A stretch of DNA of 63,830 nt, filler included, from Limisphaerales bacterium (GTDB taxonomy: Bacteria; Verrucomicrobiota; Verrucomicrobiia; Limisphaerales; SIBE01), in assembly GCA_044225505.1 (NCBI GenBank). It is 8 parts of 8 records of this genome, joined end to end, with 100 filler letters (N's around TTAATTAATTAA, not from the genome) between each part and the next. Parts side by side here need not be neighbours in the genome. Positions count along the whole stretch, not along the records: positions 44,348 to 52,744 come from JBGAIN010000265.1; positions 52,845 to 61,220 come from JBGAIN010000266.1; 6 more parts are not named here. One strand, written 5' to 3'. Shown here one piece after another: positions 49,105 through 60,200 of the stretch. The number at the start of each line of letters is the position of its first letter. Position 1 is the first letter of the stretch. Below the pieces are notes generated by a model. It was not told the origin of the DNA. It did not search any database and saw nothing but the letters and a program-made list of their open reading frames with translations. The position numbers were made by a program, and so were the translations under genes.

Positions 49105-52100
49105 ATGCATAGGAATTGGCAAGGCTTGTTTCGCGGATTCCAGGGAATAGTGTTAGCTGCGGCAGCCGCTTCCCCATGGAGCCTGCGAGGTGCGGACACG
49201 CCATGGCGCCTTCTTTCGGCTCATTCGAATGTCGTGGCGCCGCTTCGTTCGGCGGGAGGCGATTCCGGAGGGGCGGCCTTTAGCGGCGATGGTCGATACG
49301 TCACCTTCGTCAGTTCGGCGGACAACCTGGTGACGAATTGCTCAAACGGCCTGATCACGGACGTCTATGTAGGCGAATTGGAAACAGGGCAGATCGCGCT
49401 GGTCAGCGTCAGCACTAACAAGACCAACGGCGGCAATGGTTCCTCGAGCACACCCGTTATCTCACGCGACGGCCGGTTCGTCGCGTTCGTCAGCGCGGCG
49501 ACGGATTTGGCGGCCAGCGGAGGAGTTGCGTCGGAGCAAGTATTCGTTCGCGACCTGGTGAAAGGCATCACGACGCTTGTGAGCGCGTCAAAGGATGGGA
49601 ACGGAGGAGGCAATGGCAACTCAGGTAGCCTGAGTATAAGTGACGACGGGCAAAGAATCGCCTTTGAGAGTGCGGCTTCCAATTTGGTGGCCAACGACCG
49701 CAACGACCAGAAGGACATTTTCCTCCGCGATCTGAACAAACGCGTGACGGGGCTCATCAGCGCCGATGCGTCTGGGCAAGGGGCCGGTTTGGGAGGACCT
49801 TCATTCAATCCCCAGATGAATCGAGACGGTAGCGTCGTAGTTTTTCAGAGCTATAGCACGAACTTGACGAACTTGGACGTGCCGCCCTACCAGCTCGACC
49901 TGTTCCTGCGGCGCGTCGATGCCGGTGTCACCGAGCGTTTACGAATCTCGGGTCCTTTCGACAATACGATTTCGGGCTTCTCGAGCACGGCCTTCCAATT
50001 GAGCCGCGACGGACGTTTTCTTGTCTCGATGTTTGGGAGTCTCAGAGATCTCTTCTGGCTCGATCTCCAGACTGCAACCAGCGTGCAGATTTCCTTTCCG
50101 ACCAATTCCACTTCGATCACCAACCTGGCCTATTTTCAGGCGGGGAATTTGACAATCAGCGAAGATGGTCAGATCGCGGCCTTCGAAGCGGCTTACTTTT
50201 CGGCGACGAGCTTGATTGGCATCTGGCGATCCTCAGGAGAATTTCAGTGGCTGCAGTACCCAGATGCGCCCGAGTCCCCGGCCCTTGACGTATCCGCTCC
50301 GGTCCTGAGTCCGGACGGATCGCACCTGGCATTCGTTCGCTGGACAACGAATGATTTCGCGAGTTCATCTCCGAGTGGTCGCTACGATCTGTATGATTGC
50401 ACTTTGAGTAATGGGGTTGTGAAGCTAATCCTCGGTCAGTCATCGGCTGCGCAAGGGACTGAACTTAGGGCTCTCTCCCCGGTTTTCGACCCGTCAGGCC
50501 AGTATCTGGCGTTTGAGTCGGCCTCGCCAACGCTGGTCATGGGTGACTCGAACGACGCTTCCGATCTATTCTTACGCGATCTTGCGACAGGCGAAACGAA
50601 ACTGCTCTCCGGCGCGGACACTAGCAGCCCGTCGCTTTCCGGGGCCGGTCAGAGCTGGCTCGCGCCCAATTCGCTGAGCACAAACGGCCTCAGAGTGGTG
50701 CTGACCAGCAGCGCGGATGATCTGGTGCCTAACGATTCCAACGGCCAGGACGATGTCTTTGTTTATGACTTGGAACGTAGCGTCATGATGCTGGTCAGCG
50801 TTTCAACCAACGGCTTCAGTGGCAACGGCGCTTCGACGGCGCCTGCCCTCAGTGCGAATGGACGATTTGTTGCATTCGTCAGTAAAGCCACTGACCTGGC
50901 GCCTGGCGCCTCGGCAAGAGACAACGTGTTCCTACGAGACCTGGAGCAAGGCACGACGCGCTTGCTTTCTGGACCGTCCCTACGCCCGGCAACCTCCTTG
51001 GTAACCGACTTCGGTCCGACGATCAGTGCCGATGGCCAGCGCGTAGCGTGGGTGGCTGAAACCTCGACGGCGCCGACCAACATGCTGGTTGTCGTCGATG
51101 CCACAACGGGCACCGTAACCACGGTTTCAGACAGGAACCTGGTCGCCCCAGTCCTCTCCGCGTCTGGGGAAAGAGTGAGCTTCTTCACGAGCACGTCTCG
51201 ACTGGGAGACGCAGGGAACCCACAGATCCTGGAGGTGAGTTCGGGCCTGGCGCAGCCCGTCTTCTACCAGAATGCACGGGCGCCGCGAATGACGCCGAGT
51301 AATTTTTCTTGGGACGCCGATGGCAGCCACTCCTTGGCCACGTATGCCCTATCGAGCCGGGATTGGAGCCAAGCTTATTGGCGGGATGAGAAGGGGGTAG
51401 AACTGACGGTTGTTCTCTTCTGGCTCGGCCAAGTCCTGAGCGACGTGAATATCACCTCGCCCAGAATGAGCGAGAACGGACGGTATGGCGTGGTAGTTGT
51501 GACCAAGGCACTGGGATCGGGCCCGGATACTTTACCCGAGAGCAGCATTTTTTGGTGTGATCTGCGTGGTGGAACCAGCCGCCTGGTTACAGTCCGATCG
51601 GACGGCTTTGCTTCCGCCAACGGGCCATCCAGCAATCCGTCGATTAGCGCGGATGGCCGCTACGTACTCTTCCGAAGCGACGCGACCGACCTAGTGCCGG
51701 ATGACAATCTGAACAGCCATCCCGCCCTCTACTTTCGTGATATGCAAACCGGTGTGACGCGGCGGCTTGGTCCTTCGACCATTCTGAGCAGCAATACGAG
51801 CCCTGGCCCGGCGTTCTTGAGTGCTAATGCCACCACGTTAGTCTTCGACTCCCTCGATTCCGACCTCAGCGCAGGGGACGCCAACCAATCGGCGGACGTG
51901 TTTGCTTGGCAATTCGAAACTCCTGCGCCGCGGCTTCCCAAGTTCTTTCCGGTTCAGCTGAGCGGCAAGAATTTGGTCCTCTCTTGGGATAACGGCGTGT
52001 TACAGATGGCACCGGGAGTGGAGGGACCATGGACTGATTTGCCGTCGGCCACCAGCCCCTATCCATTCTTGATCGAGCCGATGACTCGAGCGTTTTTTCA

Positions 52101-52113
52101 GGTCAGGCAGTAA
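49105..52113 (+). CDS. Secreted multi-beta-propeller protein (TolB/PD40-like repeats)
   Basis: Repeated PxISxDGRFVAFxSxAxxL and DxNxxxDVFxRDL units; signal peptide; LVLSW..GVLQ.A...GPW tail. Confidence 0.9.
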   Translation: MHRNWQGLFRGFQGIVLAAAAASPWSLRGADTPWRLLSAHSNVVAPLRSAGGDSGGAAFSGDGRYVTFVSSADNLVTNCSNGLITDVYVGELETGQIALVSVSTNKTNGGNGSSSTPVISRDGRFVAFVSAATDLAASGGVASEQVFVRDLVKGITTLVSASKDGNGGGNGNSGSLSISDDGQRIAFESAASNLVANDRNDQKDIFLRDLNKRVTGLISADASGQGAGLGGPSFNPQMNRDGSVVVFQSYSTNLTNLDVPPYQLDLFLRRVDAGVTERLRISGPFDNTISGFSSTAFQLSRDGRFLVSMFGSLRDLFWLDLQTATSVQISFPTNSTSITNLAYFQAGNLTISEDGQIAAFEAAYFSATSLIGIWRSSGEFQWLQYPDAPESPALDVSAPVLSPDGSHLAFVRWTTNDFASSSPSGRYDLYDCTLSNGVVKLILGQSSAAQGTELRALSPVFDPSGQYLAFESASPTLVMGDSNDASDLFLRDLATGETKLLSGADTSSPSLSGAGQSWLAPNSLSTNGLRVVLTSSADDLVPNDSNGQDDVFVYDLERSVMMLVSVSTNGFSGNGASTAPALSANGRFVAFVSKATDLAPGASARDNVFLRDLEQGTTRLLSGPSLRPATSLVTDFGPTISADGQRVAWVAETSTAPTNMLVVVDATTGTVTTVSDRNLVAPVLSASGERVSFFTSTSRLGDAGNPQILEVSSGLAQPVFYQNARAPRMTPSNFSWDADGSHSLATYALSSRDWSQAYWRDEKGVELTVVLFWLGQVLSDVNITSPRMSENGRYGVVVVTKALGSGPDTLPESSIFWCDLRGGTSRLVTVRSDGFASANGPSSNPSISADGRYVLFRSDATDLVPDDNLNSHPALYFRDMQTGVTRRLGPSTILSSNTSPGPAFLSANATTLVFDSLDSDLSAGDANQSADVFAWQFETPAPRLPKFFPVQLSGKNLVLSWDNGVLQMAPGVEGPWTDLPSATSPYPFLIEPMTRAFFQVRQ

Positions 52114-52183
52114 AAGTTGAGAGCAATCTGCTCTCAAGCGCCATCCCTGGATTAGGGACGTTAGGAGCGACGTCCGCAAATTG

Positions 52184-52475
52184 AAAATGCAATGGGGTCG
52201 TATCTCAATGATTGACAGTTGCCACTGGCGATCTCCGACGTCACGCCACTGCTCGGGTTTTTCGCGCGCCCTGCCAAATCGGCAACTCCGCCACCGCGCC
52301 CAGAAACCGCTGCCGATCCGCGTCGCCCAAAAACAACGCTCCTCCTCGATGCCCCCGATTCATCACGTGATACCACGCACCTGCCACGTCCACGCGCAAT
52401 GCCCTGGCCATTCCTCCGGCATCTAAGCACCACACCGTTCCTTCCACTCTTTAGATACGACCCCATTGCCGTTTT
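52184..52475 (-). mobile_element. RAYT-derived miniature element, copy 2
   Basis: Same inverted repeats and same internal deletion as 47181-47473; encodes MARALRVDVAGAWYHVMNRGHRGGALFLGDADRQRFL. Confidence 0.85.
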
Positions 52476-52548
52476 TTTAACAGAACTCGGTGCATTCGGA
52501 ATCATCGGATCGCGGGATTTATCCTAATGCCATTCGGTAATTCTATTC

Positions 52549-52736
52549 AGTCCCGGAAGGGACAGAATGAGAGAAGCCCGGTCGTTTTAGCGCCGGGTGC
52601 TCACGTGAGAGGGCCCAAGCCCCGGAGGGGCGGCTGAGTGCGGCGAGAAAGGGCGTTTGGGTTCTACGACCTTGTGATCCGCTTAATCTCCGGTTCTTCC
52701 GTTCAATGCCACGTCCTCGGCCGTCCCGTCGGGACT
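52549..52736. repeat. REP-like hairpin cluster (family C)
   Basis: AGTCCCGGAAGGGAC, CCCGGTCGTTTTAGCGCCGGG, GCCCCGGAGGGGCGGCTGA and GTCCCGTCGGGACT. Confidence 0.7.
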
Positions 52737-52744
52737 TGGAATCG

Positions 52745-52844
52745 NNNNNNNNNNNNNNNNNNNNNNNNNNNNNNNNNNNNNNNNNNNNTTAATTAATTAA
52801 NNNNNNNNNNNNNNNNNNNNNNNNNNNNNNNNNNNNNNNNNNNN
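52745..52844. other. Artificial contig spacer
   Basis: N44-TTAATTAATTAA-N44. Confidence 0.99.
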
Positions 52845-53968
52845 TGGCTTCGCTCAAAGCGCTCCCTCAGGATACCAATACAGCCAGGCGAATCAAAGAA
52901 TTGGAGGCGAACCGTCCGGTCGAGCCTCGCTTGATGGCACTTTGGGATCGCGGTGATCCTTCGCCCACCTACGTCTACCGCCGCGGAAACTATCTCACTC
53001 CGGGAACACTCGTTGAACCGGGCCTGCCCTCGGTCTTAATTCAAGAGAACGAGAGCTTTCAACCGAAGCCGCCTTGGCTCGGGGCAAAGTCCACGGGACG
53101 GCGCTTGGCCTTCGCGCGTTGGCTCGTGCAGCCGAATCATCCGTTGACCGCGCGCGTTATGATAAATCGGATCTGGAAGCATCATTTCGGTCGTGGAATC
53201 GTTGCCAGCGTAGGCAACTTCGGGGTGATGGGGGACCGGCCGTCTCACCCGGAACTCTTGGATTGGTTGGCGTGCGAGTTTGTTCATCAGCGCTGGAGTA
53301 TCAAAGCCATGCACAGGTTGATTATGACGTCGAATACCTATCGGCAATCCTCGGAAGTCACGCCGACGCTCCAGGCGGTCGATCCTTCTAATCAGCTCTG
53401 GTCGCGCATGCCAATGCGACGCCTTTCCGCCGAGGAGTTGCGCGAGACGCTCCTTTGGGTGGCGGGACAGCTTGACGAGACTCGTTTCGGGCCGCCTGAA
53501 GCCGTGACCGTGCGTCCCGACGGATTGGTGTTGGCGGGCAAACGGCGGAGTGTTTATGTGCAACAGCTTCGGAAGCAGCCACCATCCTTGCTGGAGAGCT
53601 TCGATCTGCCAGCGATGAACCCGAACTGTCTGCAGCGAGCGGAGTCGCTCGTAGCACCCCAGGCACTTCATTTGCTCAACGATCGTGGCATTCGCGAGCT
53701 GGCGCGGCAATGCGCGGAACGTGTTCGCCAGGGCGCTGGCGCCGATCCGACGCGACAAGTGCAGTGGCTCTATCGGATTGCTCTCAGTCGAGCGCCTTCG
53801 GCGACGGAACAGGAGCTCTGCCTGACCGCGCTAGACGACCTAACACGAGCCTTTGCGGAGGAATCTGTCGCCGCGGCCGCGACGTCTCACCTGGAGAATG
53901 CCTCCAAAGCCCTGACCGTCCTTTGCCACAGCGTAATGAACTCGGCCGCGTTCCTTTACATCGATTGA
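52845..53968 (+). CDS. DUF1553 (PSD1) domain protein, 5' truncated
   Basis: HPLTARVMINRIWKHHFGRGIV, PSHPELLDWLA, RRLSAEELR and PQALHLLN. Confidence 0.92.
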
Positions 53969-53975
53969 GGCGACT

Positions 53976-55430
53976 ATGAATGAGATCCCTGCCAATCTTC
54001 GAGAACGGGCCTTCACGCGTCGGACCTTTTTCGAATACGTGAGCGCGGGGATTCACGGGGCGGCACTGTTGCATTTGTTCAGGCAATCCGCTCGAGGGGA
54101 GACAGCGCTCTCCGTTCCGAGTTTGCGTCCGCGTGCTCCTCATTTTCCCGCCAAGGCCAAGTCCGTCATTCACCTGTTTATGAACGGTGGTCCCAGTCAG
54201 ATGGACCTGTTCGATCCCAAGCCCGCCCTCGACGCGCATCATGGCGAACCCTATTTCAGTAAGATAGCCGGCGAGGTCGAGAATGTGAAAGACGCGGGAG
54301 CACTCATGCGTAGCCCCTTCAAGTTCGCGCAGCACGGGCAATCTGGGATGTGGGTCTCGGACGCGCTACCAAACCTGGCACGACACGTGGATGACCTGGC
54401 ACTGATCCGTTCCTTATTCACAACCAATATCACCCACGAACCAGCGGTTTATATCATCCAGACCGGCCGGATGGTTTCCAGCCATCCAACGTTGGGCGCT
54501 TGGATTTCCTATGGCCTCGGGACGGAATGCCAAAACCTTCCGGCTTACGTGGTGCTTGACGATCCGCTGGGGCTTCCGGTCAACGGTGTCGAGAATTGGC
54601 AGGCCGGTTTTCTCCCGCCCCTTTTCCAAGGCACCCGTTTCCGATCGAGCGGGTCTCCTGTGCTTAACTTGCGTCCGGAAAAGGACGACCCACCGGAGAT
54701 CCTTAAACTGCAGCGCGACTTACTAGGGAAGTTGGACCTGCTCCACGAGCGGCAACGTCCAGGCCAGCCCAATTTGGATGCGCGCATCGCCAGTTACGAG
54801 CTCGCCGCCCGTATGCAAATGTCCGCGACGGACGCGCTCGATCTTTCCCAAGAATCCGCGGCGACCCTGGAAATGTATGGGATTGGCCGAGAACCTACGG
54901 ACTCGTACGGCCGCCGTTGTCTTTACGCCCGCCGTCTCATCGAGCGTGGCGTTCGATTCGTGCAGCTCTACATTAACGCGCAGATCTGGGACAATCACAC
55001 CGGACTGGCCAAAGATATGAAAGCGGCGTGCGAACGAACAGATCTGCCCATTGCCGGCTTGCTGCAAGACCTGAAACAGCGCGGGCTTCTCGACGAGACG
55101 TTGGTCATTTGGGGTGGCGAATTTGGCCGGCTGCCCATCGCGCAATTGCCGCCCGACAAAGACGAACGAAAGGCTGGCCGCGATCATAACAAGAACGCTT
55201 GCTGTTCCTGGTTTGCTGGTGGCGGTGTGAAAGGCGGGACAACATTCGGAGCGACGGACGAGTTGGGCTTTGCCGCTGTGGAAGACCGTGTCAGTGTCCC
55301 AGACTGGCACGCTACGATCTTGCATTTACTCGGGCTGCATCACGAAAGCTTGTTCGTCGAACAGAACGGGCTCAAGGAGAAGTTGACTGGAGTAAACGGA
55401 GCGCGCGTGATCAAAGAAATTCTAAGCTAA
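53976..55430 (+). CDS. DUF1501 domain protein
   Basis: AKSVIHLFMNGGPSQMDLFDPKP, ARRLIERGVRFVQ, GGEFGRLP and GRDHN. Confidence 0.95.
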   Translation: MNEIPANLRERAFTRRTFFEYVSAGIHGAALLHLFRQSARGETALSVPSLRPRAPHFPAKAKSVIHLFMNGGPSQMDLFDPKPALDAHHGEPYFSKIAGEVENVKDAGALMRSPFKFAQHGQSGMWVSDALPNLARHVDDLALIRSLFTTNITHEPAVYIIQTGRMVSSHPTLGAWISYGLGTECQNLPAYVVLDDPLGLPVNGVENWQAGFLPPLFQGTRFRSSGSPVLNLRPEKDDPPEILKLQRDLLGKLDLLHERQRPGQPNLDARIASYELAARMQMSATDALDLSQESAATLEMYGIGREPTDSYGRRCLYARRLIERGVRFVQLYINAQIWDNHTGLAKDMKAACERTDLPIAGLLQDLKQRGLLDETLVIWGGEFGRLPIAQLPPDKDERKAGRDHNKNACCSWFAGGGVKGGTTFGATDELGFAAVEDRVSVPDWHATILHLLGLHHESLFVEQNGLKEKLTGVNGARVIKEILS

Positions 55431-55501
55431 AACTTGGGACGCCGTGTTGGACCTTTGTTCTCTGGGCACTATCATGCGGTCAGTGACTTCTCATACAGCC
55501 C

Positions 55502-56779
55502 TCATAAGACCGTTTCGCGTTGGCCGTCCCAAATCATCGTTTTGCTCTGCCGAAACGATTCCACCGCCAGTTTGATCGTCACCATCGTGGAGCAACCGAG
55601 TTCGGCGTTGCAAGCAAGTTTGTCCTTCCCGCGCAGCACATCGATAAAGTTCCCTTCCAAGTCGCGCCTGGCCTTGATCGGCAATCGCACCTCTTCCTGG
55701 CCTGTATTCTTGGCCTTGAATTCTTCCTGAAAGTCTCCGTTTCCCCGCAGGACCGGGTCGCCGCCGAGTTCCATGATGCCGTACTTTCCGTAGATCCGAT
55801 CGGGCAGCCCGGCGTCATTGGTGAGTGTGCTGACAAGAAAGAGAGACCATTCGCTGGGAAAGTCCGCCGTGAGCAAGAACGTATCAGGGATGTCGCGGCC
55901 ATCCTTTTCGATATAAAGTCCACCATTGGCATTGACCCGGCGTGGGTATTCTCCGTTGGAGCCCGTGATGGCGATGAGCAAAGGAGCTAGCTTGTGGTAC
56001 AACAAATCGGTCGCTACGCCTCCGTTATACGGCCAATACTTACGGAAGCGGAAGAAGTGTTCCGGATTCCATTCGACTTTCGGGGCCAAGCCCCAATGGT
56101 GGCCCAGCCACATGTCCCAATCAATGTAGTCTTCGCCCGTCTTGCCGGGACCGGCCGTAGGGTCGATTTGTTGGTGCGCGTTGAATAGGCAAATCCGAGC
56201 GTTCCGATTGTAGCTGCCGTGAGCCCAGGTCACTTTCCCTATACGCCCATCGCGAATGGCTTGGTTGGCGACCCAATAGGAATCGTTTGCGGTCGCGTTC
56301 GGTCCGACTTGCAGGATCCTGCCCGTATGACGGACTGTGTCACGGAGATGCAGGGCTTGCTCGACTGTGTGAGTCATGGGCTTTTCGCAGTAAACGTCTT
56401 TGCCGGACTCCAAAGCATCGATAGCAATCTTGGCGTGCCAATGATCCGGGGTCGCGATCAAGACGGCATCGATATCCTTTCGATCGATTATTCGGCGGTA
56501 ATCGAGAGTTCCATCCCCGCTGCAGATCCCCTTAGCTCGAGTCAGGCGGCGTTGATAGACATCGGAAACGGCCACGACTTGGATATTGTCGGCGTCGCTG
56601 CGCTTGACGAGGGAGTGCAAATGCCCAGTGCCTTGGCCACCACAGCCAATGACCGCGAAGCGGATTCGATCGTTGGCGCCAAGCGTCTTGGATGAGTTAG
56701 TCCGGCCCATGGTCAACACCCCAGCGGCGATGGTGGACGATTGAAGAAAGCGGCGACGCGAGATCTGGTGGGGATTCAC
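55502..56779 (-). CDS. Tat-exported Gfo/Idh/MocA oxidoreductase
   Basis: SRRRFLQ, IGCGGQG, ATPDHWH and YCEKPMT. Confidence 0.92.
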   Translation of the reverse strand: MNPHQISRRRFLQSSTIAAGVLTMGRTNSSKTLGANDRIRFAVIGCGGQGTGHLHSLVKRSDADNIQVVAVSDVYQRRLTRAKGICSGDGTLDYRRIIDRKDIDAVLIATPDHWHAKIAIDALESGKDVYCEKPMTHTVEQALHLRDTVRHTGRILQVGPNATANDSYWVANQAIRDGRIGKVTWAHGSYNRNARICLFNAHQQIDPTAGPGKTGEDYIDWDMWLGHHWGLAPKVEWNPEHFFRFRKYWPYNGGVATDLLYHKLAPLLIAITGSNGEYPRRVNANGGLYIEKDGRDIPDTFLLTADFPSEWSLFLVSTLTNDAGLPDRIYGKYGIMELGGDPVLRGNGDFQEEFKAKNTGQEEVRLPIKARRDLEGNFIDVLRGKDKLACNAELGCSTMVTIKLAVESFRQSKTMIWDGQRETVL

Positions 56780-57039
56780 AGCGCTGGTATAGCGCGCTTC
56801 CGACCACTGCCGCAAGCTCCGGAATGCCAAGCGCGTTGTCTGCCGTCGTCGGACGCGCCGTAAGAAAGCTTCGAGCTTGCCTGACGGCGACGTCAAACTG
56901 ATTTGTGACCGAACGATCGAACGCCGAATTGTCTTTGGGGGAAATCGTTCTGGCCCGTAAGCTCGCCAGGCCTCGACGAGGCTTCGTGGCACGGCAGAAC
57001 TCGACGGGCGAGCCCAAACCAGTTCTACTCGGCAACACT

Positions 57040-57249
57040 ATGCAGCAGACAAAACTCAAGATCATCGGCATGACCTGCTCAAACTGTGTGCGACATGTCG
57101 AAAAAACCTTGCGGGCGCTTCCTGGCGTTCAGAGCGTCACTGTCAGTCTGGAGAACGGTGCGACTGTGCAGCACGAGGGTGTTACAGCAGAGGCTTTGAT
57201 CGCGACTGTCGCAAAAGCCGGAGGGTATCGCGCCGAGGTCGCAGCCTAA
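57040..57249 (+). CDS. Heavy-metal-associated (CopZ-like) chaperone
   Basis: GMTCSNCV motif in a 69-aa protein. Confidence 0.9.
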   Translation: MQQTKLKIIGMTCSNCVRHVEKTLRALPGVQSVTVSLENGATVQHEGVTAEALIATVAKAGGYRAEVAA

Positions 57250-57265
57250 GGGACCGCCCGGGCGA

Positions 57266-60200
57266 TCAAGTCATCGGACGAAGACTCAGGCAAAAGGTGC
57301 TGCCCTTCCCGAGTTGGGAGGCAACGCTGACCGATCCACCCATCCGCTCGGCTGCTTTCTTAACGATTGCCAAGCCGATCCCAGTCCCTTCGAATTGCTT
57401 TTCTGAGTATACTCGCCCAAAGATCTTAAAGATTTCGGCGTGGTGCCGTGGCTCAATTCCGATGCCGTTATCTTCAAAAAGGACTCGGACCAAGTCGTTC
57501 TCTTGGATGGCTGAGATTCTGATCCTGGGAACGACACCGGGCGCAACGAACTTAACGGCATTTCCTAGAAGGTTGGAGACGATTTGAGTAAGATGCGCTT
57601 CGTGTCCCATCACGGGTGGAATGGAGGTTTCCAGGACAACATGGGCGTCTGGAGGTTGGAGATGGTGATAGTTTTGGACGACGTCTTTGATAACGGTGGT
57701 GACGTCAACCGGCTTTAAAGTCACATCACCTTTGGCGACTTTGCTGTAGGAAAGCACGTCTTGGATGAGCATATCGAGTCGATACGCAGCGCGACGCATA
57801 CGTTCGAGGTAGTGGATCGCGGTGCCATCGAGGCTTTGTTGGTAGTCCTTTAAGAGCGCATCCGCATAGCCCTGCATCGCGCGTAGCGGTGCGCGCATGT
57901 CATGGGAGATACTGTAGGAGAATGCCTCCAATTCGAGAATGGACTCGCGCAGTTTGGCGGTGCGTTCTTCGACGACCCGTTCCAGATGTTCAGCGGCCGT
58001 CTTCTGTTCGTGCATATCGGTGCTGGTGCCGAACCAACGCTCGATTTTGCCGGTCTCATCCCGAATCGGCAGGGCACGGCCAAGATGCCAGCGGTATTCG
58101 GCATTGGCTGGCAACCTGAGACGGTATTCAAGCTCAAATGCTTCTCCGGTGGCGACGCTCGCAGCCCAAGCTTGCCGATATTCTAGCAGATCGTCCGGGT
58201 GAAGCGCCGAGGTCCATCCTCCATCTCCAGCCTCGTTCGCTTCATCACGAGCACGATCGGACCATTTGCGATTGAGATAGTCGATCTGGCCGTCCGGTCG
58301 AGCTGCCCAAACGATCTGAGGCATACTATCGGCTAGTTGACGTAGTCGAAACTCCCGGTCTCGGAGCGCTTCCTCCGCTTGCTTCCGATCGGTAATATCC
58401 TGGAAAAAGCTTGCCACGCCTCCATCGGACGTGGGGTAGTGTCGGACCAGGAACCATCGTCGCCAGGGTCGATAAAAATATTCGACAAAGGTCGGTTCGC
58501 GCTGCTGAAGCGTCCGGGCCAGCGCCTTCCCACCCTCGTTCTGCAATGCGTCTGGAAACACTTCGTCAAAGTAATGCCGGCCGATCATGGCGTCCGGGTT
58601 GAGTCCTTCGATTGAGAAAATGCGGCGCGCGGCGCTATTCAGTTGATGCAAATGCCCTTCTCGGTTGATCAGTTGAAATCCGTCCGTAATATTATCGAGG
58701 ATCTGAGTCACTCGCTGCTCGTTTTCCTGGCGAACCCGGGCGAGCGTGAGGTGAGATTCAACGCGCGCCAGGAGTTCGCGGGCGGCGAATGGTTTGACCA
58801 GATAATCATCCGCACCTTGCGATAGCCCCTCCACTCGCGATTCTTCTCCGGCGCGGGCTGAAAGCAGAATGACTGGCAGCGTGCGGGTCGTTGGATGGGT
58901 TCGGAGCTCCTTGAGCAGCCCAAAGCCGTCCAGGTGAGGCATCATAACATCGCTCAGGACCAGGTCAGGTCGACGCTCTTGCGCTTCGGCCAAGGCTGCG
59001 ACGCCGTCTGGGACTGCGACGACGTCGTAACGCTCCGACAATAACCGCGCGAGATACTGCCGCATGTCAGCATTGTCATCCGCGATGATCACGCGCGGCC
59101 GCTTCTCCAAAGAGCTTCCCTCTGGCTGTGGACAAGGGAACGGCAAGAGAGTCGCACTAGTGGTTTTGTCGATGGCGGATTCTGACGGGAGTTCCTCGGG
59201 TAACCAGCGTAATGCTTCCTCCACGAAGGGGGCTGCTCCCATCGCGGTTGACGTCGATGCCCGCGGTCGGTCGACCTGGTCAGATGACAAGTGCCCAGTT
59301 CCGAGCGGAATGCTCACAAAGAAACTGGTCCCTTGGCCTACGCCGCTTTCGGCGCGGACCGTTCCACCGTGGAGTTTCACTAGTTCCTGGATCAGCGCGA
59401 GGCCAATTCCGCTGCCTTCGTGAGTGCGGCTGCGGGTGGTCTCAATGCGATGGAAGCGCTCAAACAGCCTTGGCATCTCCTCCGCCGCAATGCCCACCCC
59501 GGTATCACGCACTTGAAGCTCTGCCTGGGAGTTCGTCTCCCGAATCGATACGAAAATACCGCCGTCAAACGTGAATTTGAAGGCATTGGACAGCAGGTTA
59601 AGCACAATCTTTTCCCACATGTCCCGGTCGACATAGACGAGTTGTGAAAGGCGCGGACAATCGACCGTCAAGGTCAGTCCGGCACGCTCCGTCGCTGCGC
59701 GGAAAACGCTCGCGAGATCCGCGGTGAATGTCGCAAGGTCCGTCGCTTCGAAGCAGGCCTGGACTCGTCCAGCTTCGATTCTGGAGAAATCGAGAAGCGA
59801 GTTGACCAGGCGGAGCAAGCGGTAACCATTGCGGTTGACCATTTCCAACTGCTTTTTCGCCGCGGGCGTTAAATCGGTATGACTTCGAGCGAGCAACTCT
59901 TCAACGGGCGAGAGCATCAGAGTTAAAGGGGTGCGAAACTCGTGGCTGACATTGCTGAAGAACGCTGTTTTGGCTCGATCCAATTCCAAGAGCATATCCG
60001 CGCGCCGCTTTTCTTCTTCCGCGGCGCGTGCGTTTTGGATGGCACTGGCGATCTGACCGGCGATCAACTCATAGAAAGTCCGATAGTCAGCGTCGAGCTT
60101 GCGGGTTGGATTCACTGCGGCAACCAAGATGCCTAAGGGGCGTTCTTGTCCGCGCGATGTGACAGGGAGCACCAAAGCTTGCGCAACGGGTTGACGGGCA

